Origin: the human T2T-CHM13v2.0 reference genome, Homo sapiens
Direction: 5' to 3' (one strand)
Length of the DNA stretch: 64,000 nucleotides
Assembly (NCBI RefSeq): GCF_009914755.1
Contig: NC_060940.1
Shown: in pieces, positions 1 through 12,774 of the stretch
Layout of the letters: every line of letters starts with the position of its first letter
Numbering within the stretch: the stretch's first letter is position 1
Notes under the pieces: generated by a model
Told to the model about the DNA's origin: nothing
Database searches by the model: none
The model's input: only the letters and a program-made list of their open reading frames with translations
Position numbers and translations under genes: made by a program

Positions 1-258
1 AGGCGGGTGGATTGCCTGAACTCAGGAGTTCGAGACCAGCCTGGGCAACATGGTGAAACCCCATCTAAAATACAAAATACAAAATACAAAAAATTAGCTG
101 GGTGTGGCAGCATGCACCTGCAATCCTAGCTACTTGGGAGGCTGAGGCAGGAGAATTGCTTGAACCCAGGAGGCGGAGGTTGCAGTGAGCCAAGATCAAG
201 CCATTGCACTATAGTCTGGGCAACAGAGCGAGACTCTGCCTCAAAAAAGAAAAAAAAA
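1..258 (+). mobile_element. Alu (AluS-like, cut by window edge) with (AAAATAC)3 linker
   Basis: Alu consensus similarity, A tail 243-258. Confidence 0.93.
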
Positions 259-399
259 TGGCTTATAATAGCTACTACATAAGATTATTGTGAAACTTTA
301 TGTATAGTAGGTGTTCGATAAATGTTTGTCTTGTCTCTTTCTTGCTTGCTTTTGTAAACAGAATTCTGGTCCCTTTTCCTGTACCTGAACAGAATCTCT

Positions 400-700
400 G
401 TGTTGTTCATCCATTCAACACATGTTTATTGGGTGTCAGCTATGTGCTAAGTATTTTGTTAGGTACTGAGCACTCAAGCATGAACAAGGCAAAGACTCTG
501 TCTTCATGGATCTGCTGGTCAATAAGGGGAGACACAATTAACAGGTAACCAAAACCCAGTGTGATAAGTGCAGGTGGGTAGGAAATGCAGGGGACTGAAG
601 GAGCACACAGGGGGCCAGCTCATTCAGCCTCTGCAGGCAAAGTAAGTGTTATAGAAGAACTAACATTTCAGCTGAGACTAGAATGCACAAGAGTGAGTTA
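400..700. mobile_element. L2 3' fragment
   Basis: CATTCAACA..TTTATTG..CTATGTGC L2-type end. Confidence 0.6.
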
Positions 701-1210
701 GCCAGGGGAATACGTCTTAGAAGGACTGTCGCTGGAACTCTTTCTGAGTTAGTGCTTCACGGGATGGCAAGATACTACTGCTGAGTAATTGCAATGATCC
801 AACTGGAGTTGAAGTTGGAAGGGGAGAGAGGTGAGCAACAAGGCTGGGCAGGAAAGCAAGAGTTTGATTGAGGGGGCTTGGAAGCCTCTTGCTCCAGGTC
901 TATCACCAGAATGTGGGTGTGGAGTCCCAGGGCAGCCCCAGGGCTGGTGCTATGAAATGAGTGCTGGAATTCGTGGCTCCTGGGGAGGAGCAATGATGGA
1001 CATGTGATTTCAACGAAGCCCACAGGGTCACCAATGCAAAGGCCTGCAGGGCTGGTTGCAGCATGCCCATGCCCATAGGGGATAGCCAGGTGACTAAGTG
1101 CTGTGGGTGACCCAACAGCCTTCCTCACCCCCGAAAGTGGGCAGACACCACCTGGATCCAGGTAAGTGTGGCGGTGAGAAAATCAAGAAAATCTAGAAAT
1201 CTACATTTTA

Positions 1211-1502
1211 TTCTGTTTTCTTTTCTTTTGAGACTGAGTCTCACTCTGTCTCCCAGGCTGTGGTGGGGTGGCACGACCTTGGCTCACTGCAACCTCCGCC
1301 TCCTGGGTTCAAGTAATTCTCCTGCCTCAGTAGCTAGGACTACAGGTGCCCAGCACCTCGCCCAGCTAATTTTTTTAATTTTTAGTAGAGACGGGGTTTC
1401 ACCATTTTGGCCAGGCTGGTCTCGAACTTCTGACCTCAAGCAATCCACCCACCTCGGCCTCCCAAAGTTCTGGGTTTACAGGCGCGAGCCAATGCGCTCA
1501 GC
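1211..1502 (-). mobile_element. Alu
   Basis: 16-bp TSD AGAAATCTACATTTTA at 1195-1210 and 1503-1518. Confidence 0.95.
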
Positions 1503-1529
1503 AGAAATCTACATTTTAATGTTGATAGC

Positions 1530-1720
1530 TAATCTTTATTGAGCATTTACTCTATTCCAGGCACTCTTTTATAAGCTTTCTATCAATGAACATACTTAAG
1601 TCTCTCATATAACTAGGAGGCATGAACTACTATTACCCCATTTGGCAGCTAAGAAAATTGAGGTCAGCATGTGTGAGCAGAACAGGTGGAGGCTGGGGGA
1701 GCTGGGATGTGAACCAAGGT
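1530..1720. mobile_element. MIR
   Basis: MIR core-like ATTACCCCATTT..GAAAATTGAGG. Confidence 0.6.
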
Positions 1721-2265
1721 GGTCTCTGTTTAGGACCACGACTACATTCTTTCAAAACACTGGTCTAAGAGCCTAACTGCTGGCCAAATAAATTCTCAAG
1801 TCTGCCAGCTTTAGATCTTTGATTAAGAGGATGAAAATGAACTTCATAAATGTAAAATGATGATGGATTTAAAAATTTGGCTCACTAATATTAAACAGCG
1901 CTCTTGCAAAAGCTGCCTTGTTCTTCATGGATCAAGATGTACCAAGCATCAGAGAGGGATGCCTGTGCTGTGGTTCCCAAGCTCCAGCATGCTTGGGACT
2001 CTTTCTGGGTTGTTTATTTAAGATGCAGACTCCAGATCTTTTGGTGAGAGTGTCTGTTTCAAAGACTAGGGGCAGGACCAGCTAATCTGCCTTTTAACAT
2101 GTACCCTAGTTTGATTCTGCTGGGGGTGAAGCCAGGACCACATTTAGAGGATCAGAAAAGATCTGATCCAGCCTCCAGGTGGGTGATGAAGAAGGTCAGA
2201 TGCTCTTTCCATCTCTGGGCATCAAATCAACTCTGCACTTGAGTTCAGAAATAATGACCACATCA

Positions 2266-2600
<335 letters not shown>

Positions 2601-2717
2601 TCACTTCCCAACCATATGGTCCTCCCTCAGAAAGCCACCTGATCTCCCAAGCCTCAGTTTTCTTTTCTGTGAAATGGACATAAACAATGTGATGAGGACC
2701 AAATTTATTTGCTGCTT

Positions 2718-3045
<328 letters not shown>

Positions 3046-4407
3046 TGAATAAGTCAGAACCTCTTCAAGCCTCAGTTTTCTCATCCATAAAATGGGCGAT
3101 AATAATAGTGAAGATATTAAAAGACTATTGGATAATAAAAATAAAATAATTATGGATAAGCAGAGACTGACAAAAAAGAAAATAAAATAATTAGGAAAAA
3201 AGTTTATTGGATAAATTAAATAAGGAAAAATGAAAAAGCAATGAGGAGGCTGTTGATAAATATTTCTTCTCTGCTCCCTCCTACTCTTATTGGTTCTGTT
3301 AATTGCTTCCTCTGGGTGAATTTATTGCTTCAAAAGGAGATGCTCATTCATGGTGGGCACTTAGTTAGAGCTTGGAGTTAGTTAATGAGATCCCAATTGT
3401 GGTTTGAGGCCCAGGGTGTTGGGAGATTTAGTTGCTTCCATTCAGAAGCCCCTCCTGTGGGTTTCCTCACTTCAGTCTGCAGCCCCCACCAGCCCGGTGA
3501 CCTGGCAGATTAAGGCAGATGAGGGAGGGCAGGCAGAGGAAGGGCCATCCATCACCATTACCAGCCAAGCCTCTTCACAAGACACAGGTATCCTTCAGCA
3601 GCACTCAGCAGCAGCAGCAGCCTGGAATGGGAAGACAGCTCATTATGAGTTTATTAATGCACAGTTCGGCGGGGCTGGAAGAGTTTGCTGGGTATCCTGG
3701 AGGGTCCAGCCAGGCCATGCTGGCAGCTGGCCCAGCCGTCCTCCTGGGTTTCTGGGAAACTTTGGGAACAGCTTTTGCCCCTCAACCCTGCACTTCCCCA
3801 GGTTCTCAACAGGACCTTTATCAATCTGTAGGGGACTCTGGAAGGCCTCACAGTGCTTCTTCAGACAAAGACGACAAAGAGGAAAATTTGCACTTGGAGA
3901 AAATATCAGTGGGAGGGGTGGTTTCTGGGTGAATCGCATTTTCCATAGAGCCTGCCATGACACCCTCTCCATTTTCAGAGAAAACGGAGTACTTTCCTGC
4001 TTCGCGCCCCACGATACGTGAGCACCTGTATTACTATTTGACTATTTATGAGTTGGTTTCAATTGACTATTTATTTGACTATCTATTTCTTGATTTTGGT
4101 TGTTAGTTACACAATACCTGAACTGTTGTCCCTGTAAAAAATGGAAATTACACATATGTATAGAGACCCTTTTTTTCTCCATTCTCATTCCAATACCCCT
4201 GTTGTTTATATTATTATCTTATTTTTCTTTTTTCTTTTCATTATTTTTATTTTGTATCTATCGTTGCAGATCATTAGTGGTCGTAGGAGTAATAATAACC
4301 ATTGTATTAGTCCTGATAATAGCAAACATTCGTTGAGAACTTACTTTGCATCAACTTTATATTAGCTCATTTGATCCTCACAATAACCCTATGATGTATA
4401 TACCATT

Positions 4408-4798
4408 TGTATTAGTTTGTTTTCATACTCTTATAAAGAACTGCCTGAGACTGGGTAATTTATAAAGGAAAGAGGTTTAATTAATTCACAGTTCAGCATG
4501 TCTGGAGAGGCCTCAGGAAACTTACAATCATGGCAGAAGGCAAAGGGGAAGCAAGGCCTTTTCTTCACAAGACAGCAGGAAGGAGAAGTGCTGAGAAAAG
4601 GGGGAAGAGCCTCTTACAAAACCAACAAATCTCGTGAGAATTCACTCACTATCAAAAACGCATAGGGAACCCACTCCCATGATTCGGACACCTCCGCCTG
4701 GTCTCTCCCTTGACACATGGGGATTACGGGGATTACAAATTATACAAATGTACAATTCAAGATGAGATTTTGGGTGGGGATACAGCCAAACCATACCA
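4408..4798 (-). mobile_element. MaLR solo LTR (MST/THE1D-like) inserted in a MIR
   Basis: TG...CA ends, 5-bp TSD CCATT (4403-4407, 4799-4803). Confidence 0.92.
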
Positions 4799-5038
4799 CC
4801 ATTATCATTTCCATTTTACAGATGAAGAAACTGAGGCTCAAAACATTTCAGAAATGTTTTCAAGGTCACATAACCAGTAAATGGCATAACTGGAAGTTGG
4901 GTCCCAGAAGTCTGAGTCCATAGTTTGTGTCCTTAATCCTCATTGTACAGTTCTCTACCTACTGTACATGTTTATGTATCATTGAAGGTAAATGCTATTT
5001 ATGTGTGTATGTTCATGCATATGTGTGTGCACAATGGA

Positions 5039-5337
5039 TTTTTTTTTTTTTTTTGAGAGAGAGAGTCTTGCTCTTTCGCCCAGGCTGGAGTGCAGTGGGT
5101 GATCTTGGCTAACTGTAATCTCCGCCCCCCAGGTTCAAGTAATTCTCCTGCCTCAGCCTTCCGAGAAGCTGGGATTACAGGTGAGTACCACCACGACTGG
5201 CTAATTTTTTGTATTTTTAGTAGAGATGAGGTTTTACTATGTTGGCCAGCCTGGTCTCAAACTCCTGTCCTCAAGTGATACACCCATCTCGGCCTCCCAA
5301 AGAGTTGGGATTATAGGCATGAGCCACTGTGCCTAGC
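5039..5337 (-). mobile_element. AluS
   Basis: Poly-T start, Alu consensus. Confidence 0.93.
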
Positions 5338-5955
5338 CAAAATTGGTTATTTTTAAATTGTAAATAGTGTCTTATTGAATAGTTGTTTCTCATACAACTA
5401 TTCAATAAGATACTATTTACAATCAAGCTATTTTTTTCCTAACAAATTCAACCAGCAATGTGTCTTGGAGTTTTTTCCATATCGACAGATACAGACTTAT
5501 ATAGACAGATATAAACTTACTTCATTATTTTTAATGGCTGCTAGATACTTTATGGGATTCATGGCCTGCAAATATAACTGTGTTTTGGTTTTCTTTTTTG
5601 GGGTCATTCTCCTGTTGATGGACACATTTGTGTTTCTTTTCTCCTTTATTTTAAACTAAATTTTCCCTTTAAATTGTAAGTAAAAAAATGTACATTTCTT
5701 AGTACTTAGGACTTACATTTTGAGGAAGGAGATTGCCATGCACACATTAACCCTGCATCCTTGTGCATGGATTCCGCATTATTTCCTGCAGGCTGTGTAC
5801 CTGCTCTCATTTATATGCAAGTCAGATCCTGCACTAGAATGAACAACCTGAGGATACAGACCATGCCCCAGTTATTTCTGTGTCCCCTCCCCTAGTATTG
5901 TGCCTGGTATGTCGTAGGGGCTCAGTGAATGTTTGAATGAATCAGTGATTGAATG

Positions 5956-6464
5956 GTGTATTAGTTATTGCTGGTTAATAAATTTCCACAAGACTCAGTG
6001 GCTTAGAAGAATACACATTTATTATTTTACAGTTTCTGTGGCTCAGGGATTCAGGCAGAGCTCATCTGCGCAGGCTGCAGTTAAGGTGTTAGCTGGGGAT
6101 TCGGTCATCTCAAGGCTCTACTGGGGAAGGATTTGCTTTCCAACTCATGTGGTCATTGGCTGGATTTAGTTCCTTGTGGTTGTTGGAGTGAGGACCTCAG
6201 TTCCTCTTGTTTATTGCCACATGGGTCCTCCAACATGGCAGCTTGCGTTGTCAGAATGTGCAAGTAATAGAGTCTGCTAGCAAGACAGGAATCACATTCT
6301 TTTGTAACCCAGTGTGGAAACAGCATCCCATCACGTTGGTTGTGTTTTGTTGATTAAAAACAAGTCACAGGTCCCTTGCACACTCAAGAGGAGGGAGTTA
6401 TACTGGGACTTGAATACCAGGGAGCAGGGATCACTGGGTGCCCTCTTAGAATTCTGTCTACCAC
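5956..6464 (-). mobile_element. MLT1 (E/F-like) solo LTR
   Basis: TGTATTAG start, TCTGTCTACCACA end, MLT1 motifs. Confidence 0.8.
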
Positions 6465-6501
6465 AAAAGAATAATTTAAATAATAACATCAAAAAATAAT
6501 A

Positions 6502-6931
6502 CAGTTGACCCTTAAAGAACATGGGCTTGAACTGTGAAGATTCAAATATGCAGATTTTCTTCTGCTTCTGCTCCCCTAAGACAGCAAGACCAATCCCTCC
6601 TCTTCCTCCTCCTCAGTCTACTCAAGGTGAAGATGACAAGGATGAAGACCTTTAAGATGATCCACTTCTAGTTAATGAAGAGTAAATATATCTTCTTTTT
6701 CTTATGATTTTCTTAGAAACATTTTCTTTTCCCTAGCTTACTATATTGTAAGAATATGGTGTATAACACATATAACATACAAAATATGTGTTAATTGATT
6801 ATGTTATTGGGCTTCCAGTGGACAGTAGGCTATTAGTAGTTAAGTTTTAGGGGAGTCAAAAGTTATATGTGAATTTTCAACTGTGTTGGGGGTTGACATT
6901 CCTGACCCCTATGTTGTTCAAGAGCCAAATG
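6502..6931. mobile_element. Tigger2a/MER28-like DNA transposon
   Basis: Terminal inverted repeats CAGTTGACCCTT... / ...TGTTCAAGAGCCAAATG, TA on both sides, 430 bp. Confidence 0.85.
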
Positions 6932-7280
6932 TATTTGTATATTTCTTACAGATTACAAAACACTTTAATGTTCATCACTGTACTTTAATGCTCACAGCTA
7001 CCCCAGAAAGTAATTACCATAAGAAAACCAGGGCAAGATTATTATTCCTATCTTCATGTTGAGGAAATCGGGACTCAGAGAGTTCAAGTAATTTGCCCAG
7101 GATCACACAGCTAGCAAGAGGAAGAGCCAGGATTTCAACCTAGAAATTACTCTGTGAGTATAAGCAGTAAGATAGGCTATTCAGTCCTGGGGTTTGCCTT
7201 GATATAATCTCAAATACAAGGGGATACATGACGAGAGGGTTACAAGGAGGCATCATGGTGTGGTGGAAGAAGATGGGGAC

Positions 7281-7575
7281 TTTTTTTTTTTTTGATGGAA
7301 TTTCGCTCTGTCACTCAGGCTGGAGTGCAGTGGTGCGATCTTGGCTCACTGCAACCTCCTTCTCCTGGGTTCAAGCAATTCTCCCTGCCTCAGCCTCCCG
7401 AGTAGCTGGGATTACAGGTGCTCACCATCATGCCCGGCTAATTTTTGTATTTTTTAGTAGAGACGGGGTTTCGCCATGTTGGCCAGGCTGGTCTTGAACT
7501 CCCGACCTCAGGTGATCCACCTGCCTAGGCCTACCCAAAGTGTTGGGGTTACAGGCATGAACCACCACACCTGGC
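7281..7575 (-). mobile_element. AluS(x), followed by MIR (~7590-7790)
   Basis: Alu consensus. Confidence 0.93.
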
Positions 7576-8423
7576 TAAAGGTAGGGACTTTGAAGGCAAG
7601 ACTCAAGTTTGAATCCTGGCCAGGTGACTTCTGGCTGTGTGAATTTGGGCACTGTTTTCTATTATCCTCTCTGAGCTTACGCTTGTCCTCTGCAAATGGA
7701 GTTGTTGTGAGGATTAAGTGCCATAATTAATGTATGTAAAGTGCCGCTCAGTGTGCTTGGCACATAGCCTGCACCCATTGGGTGTTGCTGCTGTTTTTAT
7801 GGGAGCTGGTTGGGCAGTGGTATTGTTTATAAACATGTATGATGTGCTTTTGAAAGCTCCTTCAAAACTCAATGATTAATTGTTAATGGACTGAGCCCGG
7901 GGCTTCTCTTTTTGAGGTATCGTTTACGTGGAAATTCTGTTTGTTGCTTTTGCCCATATAAACCCACTTGATTAAGAATTGATGAAAGGAAGTCATAATT
8001 CAAGTAAATAAAGGATGCTCCATGAGGGTAAGTTCTGACAGCCTTGAAATTAGTGCATGAGTATGGTTGCCATGGTTAATCGGGACTGAATAATTGGCCT
8101 CAGGGAGAACCTGCCAAGCGAGGCAATGGATATCAAGGGAACTTACCCATTGGGCATGAGATCAGGCACCCAGAAGGCACACACTGGGTGGTGAGATTTT
8201 AGCCAGATGGTCACCTCTTTGCTCTATGGGTTTTCGACCGACTGAGAAATTAACAGACACAGGAGTCAGGGATCAAAATATCAGGCCTGTTGCTGGCTAA
8301 TGTGGGTGGAAGGACATGGCTTGGACCTGTGGACCTAATGATCCTCCTTAATTCTCCTCTCCTGTTCTAGAACTTGAGAACTTCTTAAGGGGCGAGATAA
8401 GAGAAAGGGGAAAAGAAGACCTG

Positions 8424-8500
8424 AAAAACAAACAACAACAACAACAAAACAAAACAAAAACCAAAAGCAATCAAACAAAAAACAAAAAACACCCCAAAAA
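8424..8500. repeat. Degenerate (CAA)n/(CAAAA)n microsatellite
   Basis: Direct reading. Confidence 0.85.
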
Positions 8501-8739
8501 ACCGCAGGGAGGGAAAGAAAGGGAGAAAAGGGAAGAGGGAGGTGGTAACACTTTAACTTTCCCCCCAAACGGTAGACCAGTGAAGCTCAGATTCTTGCCA
8601 ATCTGCCAATCAGATGCATTGCTCCACCTCCCAGGGGAGGAAGAAAAAGCTTTTTCACCTATCAATGGCACTAGTCAGTATTTTATGAGCCAGCCTGGCT
8701 TCTGGGTGAGGGAGACTCTGGTTTCCCCTTTCATTAGGG

Positions 8740-9010
8740 AATGATCATCATAATAATACCAAATATTTATGGAGTTTTTACTTGTGCCAACTCCTTTAAA
8801 GGAATTATCTAGTTTAGTTATCGAGAGTCAAATGTATTTGTATATTTCTGGTTATCACAGCAACCCTTTGGGAGGGAGAATAAAATTAGCTGCAGTTTAC
8901 AAATGAGCATGGTGGTACCATGTCACCTTTTCGACAATCCAAGGCCACACAGCTAGTAAATGTCATGCTGACATTCAAATTCAAGTCTATCTGCTCTCAA
9001 ATTCTGTGTT
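8740..9010. mobile_element. MIR carrying a 28-bp foreign insertion
   Basis: MIR similarity is interrupted at 8823-8850. Confidence 0.7.
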
Positions 9011-9019
9011 TTTTATATA

Positions 9020-9220
9020 CTAGTTTTCTCTAAAGGTGGTCCATGGACTTCCTGATCAAGAATCATCTGGGATGTGTTTTAAAAAATGCAGATTTCCAGC
9101 ATGGCTGACTCTCACACCCAAATGCTGACAGGAGGTCTCAGGAGGGGCACAGCGATGTGTACTTTAAATAAGGACCCTGGCTGTGTGAATCAAACACACA
9201 CCAAAGTTCGTGAGTGATTG
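9020..9220. mobile_element. MER5A-like hAT relic
   Basis: GAATCATCTGGG..AAAATGCAGATT..CAAAGTT motifs. Confidence 0.7.
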
Positions 9221-10204
9221 CACTGGAAGGATAGGTGTCCAAATCAGCTTTTACTAATATATCTATGGGACAAGTAAACGGACATTTATTTGCAAACAGA
9301 ATTTTTATTTACTGATTTTTGCTAATGTATTGAATCTGACAAGTTTTTTGGGAGCCAGGCAAGCCAGGCCTCAGGTAAGCTGGGTCTCAGGTATCTGAAC
9401 TCCTGCAAAGATCTGGATGTCACCTCTGGTACAACTTTTCTCACAATTTTCAATCTAGAGACTTTGACTTTTTGCCCAGTGATGACTCCTACACCAAGAG
9501 AAGCCAAGACCAGGGGAAACTGCCTTCTGAAAAAGCTGATCCTCCTTTTTGCTTTTCAGGACATGGTCATTTACATAGATTAACATGACCACTTACATAC
9601 ATTTGCATATATCTGCATAGATTTGCATGCATAGGGTATGTGCATAGCTTTCTCTTATCCATTTGGCTCCATTCTTGAGTAAGCTCTGTATATTGCAACT
9701 TCCCATCCTCTCATCCTCTGATTGGACCTTCTTGAACTTTGATTTCAAAGTTTTATTTTATTTTAAATTTTCCACATGGTGGGCAGTTGGCTTTGGGAAC
9801 CTGACCTGGTTGCTCGGACAGGTGGAGTTTCCTTTACTGGCCGGTGGGAGGCAGTGAAGAGTAGTAGCTAACAGCACAGACTGCAGTTAGATCTGGTTTA
9901 TGCACTTACTAGCTGTTTAACATTGAATAAGTCACTTAACGGCCCCAGGGCTTTGTTTCCTCAACTCTTAATGGGAATAATAGTACCTACCTAATAGTGT
10001 TGTTTGAGAATTAAGTGTCTATAAAGCAGTTAGCATACTGCCTGGCATGGCCCCGAAAATGGTACAATTAATATGGTAATTTTCTTGTGAGGATGATGTT
10101 GATGATGATGAAGATAATGATGCAGTACTCATCATAATGCCTTCTAAATTGTGACTCTCTTAATCCCAGAAGATAAGCACTCAGTGGAAGACAGAAAGGA
10201 TTCA

Positions 10205-11048
10205 GTGATAGCGTGGTTTTAAAAAATATGTCCACAAATTCTTTGATATTCTCCCCTTCAAGAAATGTAACTTAAGGTTGCTCTTTTTGAGTGTGAGTTG
10301 GACTTAGTGCTTAACTACTTCTCTTCCTCCTCCTCCTTCTTTCTTTTTAGAAATAGTCTGAAAAACATTTTATTTTTAAAATTTTTAAAAATGCATTTAC
10401 TTGTCTATTTTTAAATTGATAGAGAACACTGTATGTTTTAATCATGTATGAAATGATGTTTTGAAGTACATCTACACTGTGAAATGGTTCAGTCCAGCTA
10501 ATTAACAAATGCAATACTCACATAGCATTTTTACAGTAAGAGCACATAAAAACCACCCTTTACATTTTTCAAGAATACAATATGTCATCATTAACTATAG
10601 TCACCTTGCCTTATAATAGATCTCTTGAAATTTATTCCTTGGAGCCTGACTTCTAATGAATAACGTATGGCAGAGGTGATAGGGTTTCATTTCCAAGATT
10701 AGGTTATAAAAAGGCTCAGCTTCTGCCTTGGGTGCATACATTTCCTCTTTCCTGATTCACTCTCTTTATGAGCAGCCCTAATAGAGAGACCCACATGGTG
10801 AGGGATTGAAGCCTCCTGCCAACAGCCATGTAATTGAACTTGGAAGCAGATCCTCCAGCTCTTTTAGAAGCAGCTGCAACTCATGGCGATCTCATGAGAG
10901 AACTTCAACCAGAACCATGAACCTAAGCCTCTTCACGTTCCTGACCCTCTGAAACAATGAAATAATAAATGTTTGCTGATTAAAGTTTTAGGATAATTTT
11001 TGCTAAGGTTGGGGGCAATTGGTTATACAGCAATATATAACTAGAACA
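10205..11048 (+). mobile_element. MLT1 solo LTR split by an L1 3' fragment
   Basis: MLT1 similarity at 10205-10320 and 10645-11048, ending GCAATATATAACTAGAACA. Confidence 0.78.
10325..10640 (-). mobile_element. L1MA-type 3' end
   Basis: TAACTATAGTCACC..AATAGATCTCTTGAA L1M 3'UTR motif. Confidence 0.8.
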
Positions 11049-11310
11049 GTTGGGGAGAGGGTATTCCAATTGTGGATACCCAGTTCTGGGGACTGAGGTG
11101 TTATACCTCTTGGTCTGAAGGCAGAATGCTCAAGGTGGTGCCAGGAGAGGTCTGTGCAGAAGTGCATTGAGGAGTAACTGGAATAATGGTGAATGTTAAC
11201 TTGTTGTTGACTGCCATCCACATAATTGATTCCTTTACTTGCATGACACACTCACATATACGTTTCTAGATTTCAGATAACTTAAACAATTCATGAATAC
11301 ATAAAACATG

Positions 11311-11833
11311 AGTAGGGGAGAAGCTATTTCTTTTCTTACTCATTGCTAGGTTCATGGCTGAGGCCCCTATAAGAAGAGCCAGATTAACAAGAGAAAAGCA
11401 TGCAAGTTTATTTAATATAAGTTTTTCATTACATAGGAACCTTCAGAAATGAAGACCCAAAGAAACAGGGAAACCTATGTATTTTTATGCATAGGTTTGA
11501 TGGAGTGGACAATGATGCAGAAGTATGATTGGGCAAAAGTGGTATGATCTAATGGTAATAAACTGGGGGGAACTTAGCAAGGCCTGTTTGTTCAGATTAT
11601 TCACTGTATCCCTGTGTCATCAGAGATAAAGACATTCCTTTTTTCTGGGTATTGGGAGGGCACTTCTGGAATGAGGGTCTTATGACCTGCTTCAAGGGAG
11701 TGTCAGAGAATTCTTTTCCGGCCTAATTCAGGGGAGAAGGGTGAGGGGAAAGTGAGAGTGACCTTCCTGCTTCTGCTGTTTTCTCAAATGCCAAGGTGTT
11801 ATATCTTGGGGTAGCCTGTCTTGAACCTTATCA
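11311..11833 (-). mobile_element. ERV1 solo LTR (MER31-like)
   Basis: Minus strand starts TGATAAGGTTCAAGACAGGCTACCCCAA; flanking CATG on both sides. Confidence 0.7.
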
Positions 11834-12619
11834 CATGACTATAGTTTGCAACAGCTATTAAGGTACATTAGTACTATTAGTATTCAATAGAGGTTTAAGC
11901 ATAGTTGAGCTAGGTGAGGGTTACATCCCAATTTTAGTTGGAAGCCCTCTCCATTATCTTCCATTCATAAAGCCTAGAGGATGTTATCCATTTATTTACA
12001 AATATTTGTTGCATACCTACTGTATTCGTCCATTTTCACACTGCTGATAAAAACATACCTGAGACTGGGCAATTTACAAAAGAAAGAGGTTTTATGGACT
12101 TAGAGTTGTACCTGGCTGAGGAGGCCTTACAATCATGGTGGAAGGTGAAAGGCACTGCGTCACATGTGGAGACAAGAGAAGAGAGCTTGTGCAGGGAAAC
12201 TCCGCTTTTTTATACCATCAGATCTCATGAGGCTTAGTCACCATCATGAGAACAGCATGAAAAAGACCTGTCCCCCTGATTTAATTACCTCCCACTGGGT
12301 CCCTCCCACAGCATGTGGGAGTTCAAGATAAGATTTGGGTGGGGACACAGCCAAACCATATCATCCTGCTTCTGCTGCATTCTCAAATGCCAAGGTATTA
12401 TATTTTGGGGTAGCATGTCTTGAACCTCATCACATGACTATAGTTTGCAACAGCTATGAAGGTACATTAGTACTATTAGTATTCTATAGAGGCTGAAGCA
12501 CAGTTGAGCTATGCAAGGGTTACATCCCAATTTTAGTTGGACACCCACTCCCTTCTCTCCCATTTATAAAGCATAGATGATGTTATCCATTTATTTACAA
12601 ATATTTGTTGCATACCTAC
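11765..12619. repeat. 256-bp direct duplication (11765-12020, 12364-12619) flanking a THE1 LTR
   Basis: Ungapped manual alignment, 23 mismatches in 256. Confidence 0.95.
12021..12363 (-). mobile_element. THE1(B-like) solo LTR, no 5-bp TSD
   Basis: TGTATT...CCAAACCATATCA ends. Confidence 0.93.
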
Positions 12620-12774
12620 TATGAGCTATTTACTCTGGTAGGCCCTGGGGAGTCTATGGTAAATAAGACAGTGTCTGTGATCACAGAGAATATAGTCTAG
12701 TGAAAAAAAACTGCAGGCAGCAGGTAATTAAACAAACAAAAATAATAGTGTTTTGAAAATTATGATAGATGCAC

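Noticed and set aside
3404-4021. 205-aa ORF and overlapping ORFs
   Set aside because: TTG start, no recognisable domain, no clear exon context
9541-9560. Strong-looking plus-strand acceptor CCTCCTTTTTGCTTTTCAG|G
   Set aside because: No supportable exon or donor; such motifs are common by chance
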